Below, piece after piece: positions 36,141 to 48,469 of a stretch of DNA of 64,000 nucleotides; the first letter of the stretch is position 1; each line of letters starts with the position of its first letter. The stretch spans positions 10,912,001 through 10,976,000 of the forward strand of contig JBHGNT010000016.1 in the NCBI GenBank assembly GCA_043228905.1, given 5' to 3'. The translations under genes were made by a program, and so were the position numbers. The DNA is from Azolla caroliniana. Lineage: Eukaryota; Plantae; Polypodiophyta. Under the pieces are notes generated by a model. The model saw nothing but the letters and a program-made list of their open reading frames with translations. It ran no database searches and was not told the origin of the DNA.

Positions 36141-39100
36141 TTAGTTTTTTCTAGATCTTGTAATGCGCCTATTTTTTGTTACACTCTTCTCAGATTCCAC
36201 ACCCTTCTTCTTCATCATCTTAAAGCCACGAGGTAGTAGACTACTGAGTGGTAGTTCATCATCGGAGGGGGGGGGGGAGGCAAGCTTGAGGGAACCTTGT
36301 GCTCTACTGCAATTGCCTGAGATGCACACACTTCCAAGAAGATCTTGTTGATAGTATTAGCATTAATCTGCTCTTCATGGGTAGAACCGGTGTTCTGCAG
36401 TAACACGGTATTCGTAGTACAAACATGTTCCTCTTCTTGGGTGGTTGCCATCTTCATTGCAAACTCCTCGTGATTGAAGCTAGACACTTGGTTCTTTGTA
36501 CAATCTTGTTCCATGTGCAGGCTACTTGCGGTGTTTTGGTAAGACATGTGATTCGTAGTACCACCTTGTTCCTCTTCTTGGGTGGTAGCTACAAAATCCC
36601 CTTAATGATACAGTTTTGCCCCATGTTTACGGTACTGTCAAAGTTCTTCAGCTCCTCTTCTTGGGTGATTTCACATTCCTCATGTGTGGTGCTATCCGAG
36701 TCTGAAAAATCAAGATTGCTCCATAGACTACCTGAATCATCTGAATCTCCATGTTCTTCTATTCCTAAATAACAAGAACAATATCAATTCACATTCTTAC
36801 AAAGTGAAGGAACCTAGCCATATCAATTAACATACTAGATTAAGGGACAATCGTTTACCTACTGTTACATCTCCATCCAGAACTTTTGAAGATGATTGTG
36901 TTTGTCATGTGCTGCAAGACCTGGTTTGCATTGGTATCACACTCGTCATTATTGCTTGGGATGGTACCAGTCTCAGGTTGGGGCTCTGAATCATGCCAAT
37001 ATTTTACATCACTTTCTATATATTAATAGACCAAAACCATTATTGTCACTTGGGTGATATGGTCAAAATAACTATTATATAAGAGGGTTCACAACATGTA
37101 CCTACGAGGACAATAAATTCTTCTTCATGTTGTGGCTCTGAATCGGTATCTCCATTTTCATTAAACGTTTCTTCCTTGTCTAACAACAAAAGCACATGGT
37201 CTTAGTCTAACTCATTAACTTTACAGCTCTCAAAGTTTGTGAGAATTTGTATGACCCACCACTACAATGAACTCTGCATTTCTTCCCCTTTCCATACAAT
37301 TTCCTTGCAACATTATGCTTCTTCGTAGGCTCTTTGATAGAAACATAAGAAATTAGAAGTATAGCAACAATGCATTATTAAAAGTTCACACACAATTAGC
37401 ATTACCATCCACACAATCAAGGGGAGCTGAACTAGGAGAATTTGGTTGAAGCAACACGTCATCAACTATTCCAATGGCCCTTCTCATACATTCATCTTCA
37501 TCATAAATTTCCTCAGTTACCACTAACTAAGGAATGACCATGGACTTTGCAATTTGCAACAGACTCTGTACATAGTAGCGCAGGGGCTGGTTGGTCAGTA
37601 ACCTTCCCTGGTGTGGTGTTGCTTGATACTACAACATTCATATTTTAATCGTACATTAGTTCTAATATGACTACAATGTTACAAATATTATCAGGACTGA
37701 ATCAAGTGGACATTTAAGACCTTCAGTACTAAAAAATCAGTCTTGTTCCAACTGATCACCAAGGAATATGCATGTAACAGTAATATTAGTACTAAAACAA
37801 CAAAGAGGAACTTGAGAGCACAACACAAAACCATCTGGACATGCTGTCGATATTTGTTTGGTACTAAAGAAAAGACCCACATGCTATTTGTTTGGTCATC
37901 CAGAGCCTATTTGTCCGGTTCTCCTATTTGTTAGTACACATACAAGTGATACAACTAAACCCTACTAAATAATCAGTACTGAATCAACTCAGCACCAAAG
38001 GATACAATGTAATCAGTAAGTTGGTACTAAGACATCAATCAAGGAACTTGAGAGAACAGTACTGAACCACCTGGACACAAAAAGTACAATGTAATAGATA
38101 GTGTTAGTACTTATAAAAGTTATACAACGAATCAATTAAGACATTCAATACTAAATAATCAGTATTAAATCAATTGATCACCAAGGAATACAATGTAATC
38201 AGTAATGTTAGTACTGAATCCTCCAACAAGGAGCTTGAGGGCACATTACACAACCACCTGGACATGCATATTTCATGTAATGAACAATATTAGTACTAAA
38301 AAACCTAGACCTTCATGCCTATTTGTTCGGTCATTCAGAGCCTAAGCCAAGTGGACACAGAAAGTACAATGTAATGAATAATGTTAGTGCACATTCAAGT
38401 TATACAACTAAACATTTAAGATCCTCAGTACTAAATAAGATTCACATTGTCAACTGATCACCAAGGAATACAATGTAATCAGTAATGTTAGTACTGAATC
38501 ATGTAAAAATGATCACCAAGGAATAGTACTCATGGGTATAAGACTTGAACCAAATGTTAAAATTATAAAAGCAGAGTATAAAAATTACATATGTTCTTAA
38601 TCACATACCATGGGAATGTACTTTCAAACCCCAAGTTAAGTACCATTCGGTGCCAACTGTACTTTTACAGTGTAAACATATATTTTCTTTCTCAAAATGG
38701 TACTTAGCGCATAAACAATGATATGTGTGCAAGCATGGTGTAATGATAGCATCCATGGCCTCAAACTTGAATCCAAGGCCACAGAATACACACCTTCAAA
38801 TACTAGAAACAACATACACTATATTAGCAATGATGATATTTTATACAATAGAAGGTCAACTTGTAAAAATATAAACCATTACCTTGATATAGTAATTCTT
38901 GTAATGGTACTTTCATTGCAAGTGGGATGCTCAACTACTTCTGGCCATAGAGGATCTAAACCTTTATCTTTTAGACCCTTCATCAAACATGTTAGGTTCT
39001 CAGAGTGAATTTTTAAGGCTGATAACTTATCATCAATTTCAGATCGAGATGACCTCCATGTCTCCAGATCTTTCTTTTGTTTTCCCAGTTGAGTGCCCAT

Positions 39101-40400
39101 ATTTGTCAGCTCCTTCTTCAACTCTTTCAACACATCGCTTTCAGAATGTTGGATTGTTGATGTTATCCATTCGTATGTATTCGATATAGATGTGAATTGT
39201 TTCACTGCTGCCATCTCACTAGATGAAACTTCTTCCAAATCGGTGAGAAGTGCTTGCATTCTTGTTTGCATGGAAGCTATGTTACGCAACAATCGTTGTT
39301 CATGCTTTTCTGTCAGTGTACCTCTTTTTTTTGCAATCTGTTTAGTCAACACATATGTCCTAGCTGGGATTTCAATGTGAGAGGTACCCTCAGACTTCAT
39401 AGTAGTGTTGGTACTTGAGGACCCTCTATGATGTGATGATCGATGATGAGCAAAATCTTCCCAATCAACTTTAATGCCACCATGGAGTTCACATGCAAAT
39501 GCACGTGCAAAAACAGTTCCTACCTCATTGTTTAGGATATGTTTTGTATCATAAACTTGTTCATATCGTGATTTTAGTTCAGTGATATAATCCTTCTTCA
39601 ATTGATTGAGGTGAAAACCTCTCCTTTTGTGATGAGCCCCATGTTTTGATCATCCACATGTCTATGTCTTCATAACTGTCAGGTCGTGCACGAAGGAAAT
39701 ATCCCCATCCTAACTCTCTACCTCAAAGGATGTTTGTGAACATATTCTTGCCATGAGATGTTGACAACTTAAACTTCCCTGTGGTGGGGGTCATCTTACT
39801 TTCTTTGATGGGGGTCCTTTTTCTTTCCTTGCATGGTGTGTTGACATTTTCTTTGACCATTTTCGTCTTCGTGGGTATCTTCCTTGTCATTTGAGTCCTA
39901 TCTCTCTTCTTCACCTCACACACACAACAATAGAAAATAACAATAGATCAATCACAACTGTCTTTTTTCATCATATGATTAAATCACGCATAATAAGAAC
40001 AACAATGACACAAAAACATCAACAACAAATATAAAACCTACAACATAATGTTAACTCCCGAAACACAACATATATATGCTAAACCATGGAAAATCATTGC
40101 AGCGTACCATCATAGAACCATCTTCCAATATGTCAACATGTACCAAATTCTAAATCATGTAAAACACTCTCAATTTCAAGCATATGCATGTACAAGTGTC
40201 TGAAATGATCAAGGGAGAACAACCCGAACAACAACAACAAAACCCTAACATGTAGCAGAACATGAAGGTAAGCCTAAAACAGGATTACCTTTCTGAAGTC
40301 CTTGCAGAGGGGACACGTTTGAAGCACGGGTTGCAAGCAAACGAACACACCAGGTAGAGGGAACACAGTGACTTGAGAACACCTGGAGGTAGAGCAAAGC
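36141..40400 (-). pseudogene. Degenerate multi-exon gene convergent with the putative transposase (coiled-coil protein, unknown function)
   Basis: 240-aa ORF 38879-39601 (VY..NNEVGTVFARAFACE..VDWEDFA then heptad-rich), further exon-like blocks with GT/AG edges near 36141-36770, 36860-37630 and 39600-39900; TQEEE repeats; basic tail. Exon structure not fully resolved. Confidence 0.5.
37700..38530. repeat. Four degenerate ~180-280 bp tandem units rich in AGTACT palindromes
   Basis: TACTAAA.AATCAGT...ATCACCAAGGAATACAATGTAATCAGTAATGTTAGTACT recurs near 37725, 37963, 38148 and 38427. Confidence 0.8.
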
Positions 40401-40904
40401 AAAGGTCACAGCCAGCAGAGGGGACATGGCTAGCAGAGCAGAGGTGGAGTCTGTAGAGACCTGTGTAGAAGGTGGAAGAGAGATAGAGAGGGGTAGAGGA
40501 GGTACAAACAATGAGCAGTGATGTGCTTGGAGTCTGCAGAGATCTATACAGAAGGCAGAAGAGAGAAAGAGTGGGGGAGAGGAGGTACGAACCTCGGGAA
40601 TCAGCGAGTAGAAGGGGGGGAATGAGAGAGAGAGAGGGAGAGAGACTAACTAACAGTTCGAGATGAACATATGTGCTAAGAGAGAGAACGAGAGACAGAC
40701 ATACTTACTATATTCATAATTGAGTGACTACTCGAGATCTTCTACAGTTAAGATTTCCGTACAACATTACCTAGGACTATGAACCAACAACCTCAACTTT
40801 TTAAACCCAAATATTGGATTATTTTTCTTTCCTCATCGAATTAGTACTAAAATTTTGGCCAAAAGTTGGTACACCGTAGCGTGCTTTCACCCAACACTAT
40901 GTCT

Positions 40905-41555
40905 AGGTAGTGATTGATCATAAGAATTTAGTTTATTTTTCCACTACTCATACTTTAAATCGAAGGAAGGCTCATTGGTCGACATTTCTCACTGACTATG
41001 ATTTTGAGATCATATTCGACCTAGTGGCCAACATGGGAAGGCTGATGCACTTTCTTGACGAGCCGAATTTTCCATCCACCCTGGGGATGTTGCTCATGCT
41101 CAACAATCTCGATGTTTGCGAAAACCCAACCAATTGCATTTTTTTGCCATTTGTATGTTGTAGGATGATTCGTTACTCCAACAGATCACCGATGCATCCA
41201 CGATTGATGTATTTGCAAACAAGATTCGAGATAGTCTACAAAATCCCTCCAAGACGCCCAGAAGGACAGACCTTGACCACTTCACCAAACAAGATGGTTT
41301 GCTATTCCGATCATCTCTATACGTCCCGGAGGGCCCGTGTCACACTTGGGTGTTGCAAGAATGCCATGATGACCCCCTTGCGGGTCACTTCGAAGTTGCA
41401 AAAATCCTTGAACTAATCTCTCGGGGGTACTAGTGGCCACAACCATGGACGTTGGTCAAAGAATACATCAATACTTGTGAGGTTTGCACTCGCTACAAAG
41501 TTGCTCATCATCGGCCATACTCCAGCCACTTCCATGTCCTAATCGTCCTTGGGCC
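40905..41555 (+). mobile_element. Tcn1-like RNase H end / integrase zinc-finger fragment
   Basis: IDHKNLVYFSTTHTLNRRKAHWS; ECHDDPLAGHF; homologous to 46805-47445. Confidence 0.85.
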
Positions 41556-42735
41556 TGTTGAGAAACGAATCGTCAATCCACAAAAGGAAAGAAGGGAATA
41601 TGTTGAAATACACAAACTCTGAAGCACAGAATGCCCTATACACAGATTTAACGTGGAAACCCTAAAGCGGGTGAAAACTACGAAGAATGGAGCTTCACTA
41701 TACAATGGATATACAACAACAAGATCAGAGTACAACACTCTCTGCACAGAATGTAAACAACACCGAAGGACTCTTGGCGTATGCTGTTCTTATCACAGCT
41801 ATGGCGCCGCTCACTCACTCACGCTCCCTTACACTCTTTTCTCTTCTCTATATCGCTACGCTATAGAGGCTCATCCATATATCTATCTCTATGTTTTGTT
41901 TGCCTTAGGTGTATTTATACTAATAACAAAATGGTCTATTTACAATCATGGCCATTATTATTATCCAATAATAATAATAATAGTCTTACTAATCAGACAA
42001 CTCATTCGTCGATTGTCAGGTCAGTGTGACTAGTCGGCCTGGTAATCGACCATTCAGTTGGCCTGACTAGCTAGGTCGTGTCTTCAACCTCGACCAACTC
42101 TCTCTAAGTTGACTCCTCAACCGTCGGCTCTCGTCCGATCAGTTGGCTCCTCCCACTAGAGGGACATATTCCTAACAAACTCCCCCTTCACTCCAGTGGG
42201 GAGGAATCCGTTATTCATGTCCTTTGTCGACAAACTCTAACTTGATCCATCGGTAGGTTCTTTGTCAGCATGTTGGATCCATGGTTGTCAGTATGGATCT
42301 TCACAAGGGTAAACTCACCTTCTTTGATTTTCTCCTGTAACCAGTGATACCTTCTCTGCATGTGCTCGGTCTGGGAGTCGTATGCAACATTCTTGGCTAG
42401 ATACATGGCACTCTGGCTGGCACAGTGAAGCAAGAAATCCTTTTGCTTCATCCCCAACTCGCTGAGAAAGTTTCTCATCCAAATCAGCTCCTTGCCGACC
42501 TCTACCGCTACTATGTACCCTGCCTCTTTGGTCGACAAGGCCACAGACTTATGTAGTCGTGACTACCACAACATTGCTCCCCTTGCATAGGTCATCACGT
42601 ACCCTGACGTGGATTGGCTTTGGAATCTTCTTGGGTTCGACATTATTACTTTTCCCTTTTAAGGTGTCGGCAGTCCTTCTAGAAATGTCCATGCTTTCCA
42701 CAATGAAAGTACATTAGCTTTCCTCTGGACTGTGT
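41556..42735 (-). mobile_element. Ty1/copia remnant: 3' LTR 41556-42177, PPT, RNase H joined to a gag zinc knuckle
   Basis: LTR TGTTAGG...TCAACA (minus), PPT GGAGTGAAGGGGGAGTT, ALSTKEAGYI..RRYHWLQE, and FHCGKHGHF*KDC directly upstream of STSGYV. Confidence 0.85.
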
Positions 42736-45700
42736 GATGTCCCTGCTTTCCACGGCCAGCTGGAACTGGTCGTACCCCGAGTAAAGGTCTCCGACCGAGT
42801 ATATGGACCTTCCGGCAAAGGCTTCCGCGAAGTCATCGATCGACGGCCCAACTCGCGTATTGTGGATGGTCACCTTGTTGACCAGTTGTAAGTCCTTGAT
42901 GAAGTGCAACGTATCGTTCTTCTTTGGTACCGCAAACCACCGGTTAGAGTAAGGGGCACTCGATGGTTCGAGGATGCCTAGCTCCACCTTCTGCGTAAGA
43001 AGCTCCATCAACATTGGCATGTGAGCTCTCGGTACTTGAATTGGTTTGAGACTCCATAGCACGTGCGGCACGGTAAAGATCACCATTGGTTCGACAATGG
43101 TTGGGTCGACGCATCTGAACTCTCCCGACGAGAATGCGAAAGCTTTCCCGTGCTTCTCGAGCATCCTTCTAAACTGGTCCTCTTCCGCCGGCAGTAGGTA
43201 GGAAGTCACCCCCACCGATCTTCACCTATGCCGGCCGGATTTCGCAAGCTCGGGTCGGTAGCGACCCCCTTTATTCGTTCCTAGCTACCCTCCGGTAAGG
43301 GGGCCACGACGGGCTTCACCTTTCGGTCCACAGTCTTGTACTTGGTCTCTACTCGGGCGATCTGATGCGCCCTGGTTTTTCTTTTGAAGTCTGCAATGGC
43401 TTCATACATGTCAACCGAGTTCCGATATGGCTCGTTCTTCGCTTAGGCCTCCCTCGACTACCTTCCTGATTTCTCCAAGGGTATCATCGACCGAGACCGC
43501 CTCCACGGCTTCCCCAATCCCCTCGTCGTGACTCAAAGCTCTGCATGCTTTTAAGCGTATCTCGGCCCACTTTCTTTCTCGGCCACTGATGCTGGCAATG
43601 ATACATCCCCCGTTGTCGGAGAACAAAACTTTCCTCCCTAGTTTACAGATGTGGGGAATTTTCCGGCTATCCGGACAGTCGTGGCCCCACGCCTTGATAG
43701 CCCTTTCAAGAACTCCGCCTTGTCGTTATTGCCGAGGGTGTCCCTGTTCCGCTCGTGATTCTTCCGAACGGTCAAAAATAGGACAAAGTGACATCCGTCT
43801 TGACTTTTTACCCTTGCATAGGCTGAACCATTGTCCAACACTTTCGTCTCCATTCTAACCGCCGTGATGTATGGTTTGCCGATCAGGGCCTCGTAGTTCC
43901 TGCACGCGGCCTCCACAAAGCCGGTGCTCTCCTCCACGGGGTCACTCTAGCCGGTAACTTTGCGCACATGCTCCTCCGCGCGCTCCGCTTCTCCCTTCTG
44001 CAAACCTTCTTCCAGACAAGGTCTCGAGAATAACCAGCCAGAACCCAGGGTTTGAATCGGGTTTGGCCGCCTTTTCGCCTACGCGGATGCCAGGTGAAGC
44101 CGAGTAGTGAACGGCTTCGACGTGCCATGCCGCGGCTTCTTCCATGAGCCTCTTCATGCCACCTCGTCCGAAATTCGCGTCAAGCAATCTTCGCATGCCG
44201 CTTGCATATATCTTGCCATTCGAAAGATAGACTACATTACTTCTGAGCACTTCACCAAGGTCAGCGCAATCTCTCTGGGAATGTCCGGTGGCGTCGCACC
44301 ATATGCACCTCTGATTGGCCAGCGGCCGTCAGTCGCGTGGCAGACCCTCGTCGCTTCGCAGGGCCTGGGCTATCTGGAGGTCGCGCAACATCCTTGTCAG
44401 TTCTTCTAGTCCTGCGCCGCCTGCAGGCCCCGCCCGCGACTACGTTTTTCGGGGTTGGGCCTAGCTCGGGCCACCTCCTCTTTTCTTCCATTCGGGTCGG
44501 TGTCGGCTCGACTCTGGTTTCGACAGTTGGTCCGGCCGGTGAGGAGTCCCTTTCTTTCCAATCTTGATGTTTGTCAATCTTGCTGCATACTTCTTTGATG
44601 GTCTCCCAGTCAGTCGTGAGACCGCGGTTGCTTTCCAGAAGAAGACCTAGGCTTTCCCGGACATGCGAGTCAAACGACGTAACGAAAAACAAGACTTTGC
44701 TCATTCCGAGCACAGTTCGGTCCAATCTAGAGAGCCGCGCAAACTGTGACTCGAACTCCTGGAGGAGTGCCGAAGCATTTTGACCCTTGTCGGGGCTGTT
44801 GACCCAATCCATAAAGACCTTTCTCAATAACCGGAGTGAGTCGTCATAACTGTATCTTTCGAGAACTTCCTCCGCGAACTACGCCCAATCACGACAGCCC
44901 ACTTGTATTTCGGTCATCTCTGTATGGATGTGTGGTGCCACGACCCGGGTAAACCTTGTCAATTGTCTATCCCTAGGTATATTCCTCATCTGCATCTCAG
45001 ATTTGTAGGCCTCTAAGTAACTCGTGGCGTCTTTTCCACTGAACCGGCCTATCTTGTCGATCGTTGCTTCTATGGCCCTGTCAAGGGCACTCCCGCCCTC
45101 GCAAGCGCTAACCGGGCTGTCTACCGCCACCACCATTGCTTCTGCCAGTTCGCTCCCTCTCATTTTCAGATTCCTTTGCCGCCCTTCTTCACGTCGGGTT
45201 CACCAAATATGTCGAGGAAATCCTCGCGGATGCGTAGAAGTTGTGCAGGACCACGGGGGTCTTGAACCAAGGAATCGAGAAGTGAGGAGGAAGAGTCTGT
45301 GGTTTACGAGAGCCCTGAGACCGCGGTTTAAACAGAAAAAAGATTAGCAAAACGAGAGAGATAGTGTAGGAGGATCGTGCGTAGACAGCTATGCTAAGAA
45401 CAACTTGTGTTAGCTGGATAAGCTTCTATTAATCAATATAAGCCCGTGGCGCTGTGGGTGATTACAATCGGATCAGTGTCGTGTTCGAGCGTAGGCTCCA
45501 CAGTAGTAAGATATGGAGATGAGTGGGCACACAGAAGGTCAATCCCTTGGTCGGGAGCACTCGGGCGTCTGACGCGAGCAAGGGAAGCGCCTTCCGGTCC
45601 GCACGTAGTAAGACTCCTCATCTTCTTTTGTCTCGTCTCCTTTCTCCTCTCTTTCGATGACCTTTCTCTAAAAGAAATGACATCCCCAAAACAGTCGAGG

Positions 45701-48469
45701 GTCGCCCCTTTTATAGCACGAGGAGTGACCGTTACAAAGCATTCATGGCCTTGTCGATTTAACTTCCTAAATTCTCCCCCCCCTGAATCGCTCTCCTCGT
45801 AACTCTCCCTACTTACGCGATGTCTGAATTGTTATTAGTGCTTTAACTACCTAGTACACCTCCCTTTCCCTATGCCTAGTACTTAACACTATCTAATTCA
45901 CGAGGGGTGTGCACTTGTGCACACCAGTGCTCCCGTGCATTTCACTTTGTTTCTACCGATGGCCCGGAATCTTCACAACAACGGGGAGCATACAATCTGG
46001 TACGGATCAAAGCTGGAGATGAATGGAAAATCGTCTTTAGGACGCGCTACGGTCATTTCGAGTATAAGGTAATGCCTTTTGGCTTCACTTATGCTCCTTT
46101 AGTATTTCAGCATATGATGAATGACATCTTCCGAGAATATCTAGTTCACTTTGTTGTGATCTATCTAGATGATATCTTGGTCTTCTCTTCAAACATCAAG
46201 GAGCATACTCGACATGTCAGGTTGGTCCTCGCCAAATTTCGCGAGCATGGACTCTATGCTTAAAGTGAAAAATGTGAATTTGATCGTACTTCTGTAGAGT
46301 TTCTTGGGTATGTCATCTGGACACATGGAATCACAATGGACACATAGAAAGTCAAGACTATCCGAGTGTGGGCTGTCCCAACTTGGGTACGAGATGTGCA
46401 ATCATTCCTCAATTTTGCCAATTTTTATCATCACTTCATCAAAGGATTCTCAATGATTGCAAAACCTCTCATTGTTCTTACCCATAAGGATGCTACTTTC
46501 GAATGGATAACAATTGCGCAAAAGGTGTTCAACTTGCTGAAACAAGCCTTTACTATGACACCAATCCTTTTACATCCTGGCCCCACTAAGCCTTTCCAAG
46601 TCGAAACGGATGCTTCCGATTTTACCATTGGGGTGATCCTCTCCCAGCCAGATGAGGTCGGTGTACTTCACCCGGTGGCTTACTACTCCCGCAAATTCAT
46701 GGGCCCAGAAATCAACTACCCCATATACTACAAGGATCTTCTCACCATTATTGCTGCATTTGAAGAATGGAGACCCTATTTAGCCGGGGTGAAACACCGT
46801 ATCCAAGTGATTACCGATCACAAAAATCTAATATACTTTTCTACCACACGAACTTTAAATCGTAGACAGGTGTGATGGTCAACCTTCTTGACAGACGATG
46901 ATTTTGAGATAATCTTTCGACCCGACGATCCACACACGACGACTGATTTCTTATCTCGTCGGTCTGAGTTCGAGCTCACTCCGGAGGATGAAGCCTATGT
47001 CAAATAGTCGTAGAGTTTGTTAAAGCATGACCAATTCTACAACTTCACGACTTTCTTGCTCTGGGATGACTCTTTGCTCAAGCAAATAGCAGAAGCCACT
47101 ACGACTGACAAGTTCGCCACAGATGTAAAGACAAGTATCAGAAACCCCTCCCATGAACCCAAATGGCCCGATTTAGCTCATTTTACAATTCAGGATAATC
47201 TTTTGTATGTCCTAGAAGGTCCATGTCGGACCAAGGTGCTCCACGAGTGTCACGATGATCCACTTGTTGGTCATGTTGGCATTTCGAAAACCTTAGAGTT
47301 GATATCTCGGGGGTACTAGTGGCCACAGAAATTGGTCAAAGAGTTCGTTAAGTCATGTGACATGTGTGCTCCCTCTAAAGCATCTCATCATCGACCATAT
47401 AGTCTCCTTCACCCTCTCCCAATCACCAAACGGCCTTGGGCCTCTCTTTCCATGGATTTCATCACTAACCTTCCCTTTGTTGGTGGCTATGACTTGATAT
47501 TCATCATGGTTGATCGTTTCACCAAGATGGCTCATTTTGCTCCATGTGCCAAAACCATCACCGTAGAGGAGACAACTGATTTGTTTTTCAAAAATGTAGT
47601 TTAACTACATGGACTCCCGGATGATATCACTTCTGATCAACGACCACAATTTGTTTCCAATTTCTGGCGACGCCTTATGCAAACTTTCGGTTGTACTGTG
47701 AATCTGTCTTCCGCCTATCATCCGCAAACCAATGGACAAATGGAGTAGGTTAACCAAATCTTGGAACAATACTTGCAGTGCTCTCTTAGCTACCAACAAG
47801 ACAACTGGGTTGACCTTCTCCCACTCGTCGAGTTCGCTTACAACAACTCTCTGCATGCATCTACATGAGTTACTCCATTTTTCGCAAACTATGATCTCAC
47901 CCCCACTTCAACATGTCGCTTCCCTCTAACTCTGTCAATCCTTATGTGGAGGACCGGGCACATCTCTTGGACCTTTCCTTGGATCTCACCCTCGTCGGCA
48001 ACTGCTACAAGGAGCAAGCTGACTGTCTTCGCTAGATGCTCCCCAGTTCGAGGTAGGTGACTTTGTTTGGCTTCTCCGTTGCAATATTGCCACCACTTGT
48101 CCGTGTTCGAAGCTTGATTACAAGAAGTTAGGCCCTTTCAGAATCATCGAGAAAAGTGGTTCCATGGCTGTCCGCTTAGAGCTACCATCCCACTTTTGTA
48201 TTCATAATGTATTCCATGTCTCCCTTCTAGAACCTCACCATATATCTGAAATCACTGGTCGACACTCTTCTCCTCCACCACCAATCGAGCTTTTGACCAA
48301 AGAAGAATATGAGGTTGACCAAATTCTCAACACTCGTCTCTTCTATCGCCAGCTTCAATACCTTGTCCTCTAGAAAGGGTTACCGATCTCCGAAGCAACA
48401 TGGGAGCCGACACACCATCTCAAGCATGCCCCAGACATAGTTTGAGCATTTCATGAACACTATCCACGA

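Larger units (their letters stand above)
29842..45980 (-). mobile_element. Second tRNA-Trp-primed Ty3/gypsy copy (3' LTR 29842-30642, integrase to ~31564; RT-PR-gag 42730-45165, 5' LTR 45210-45980), interior occupied by other elements; 4-bp TSD ACGG
   Basis: Homologous LTRs ~800 bp; PBS TGGTGAACCCGACGTGA at 45189-45205 (minus); TSD ACGG at 29838-29841 and 45981-45984; proteins highly similar to the 20814-27745 element. Confidence 0.9.

Noticed and set aside
40750-40910. Helitron 3' end or TIR at the right edge of the putative DNA transposon
   Set aside because: CTAG is present but there is no convincing subterminal hairpin, matching TIR or TSD.
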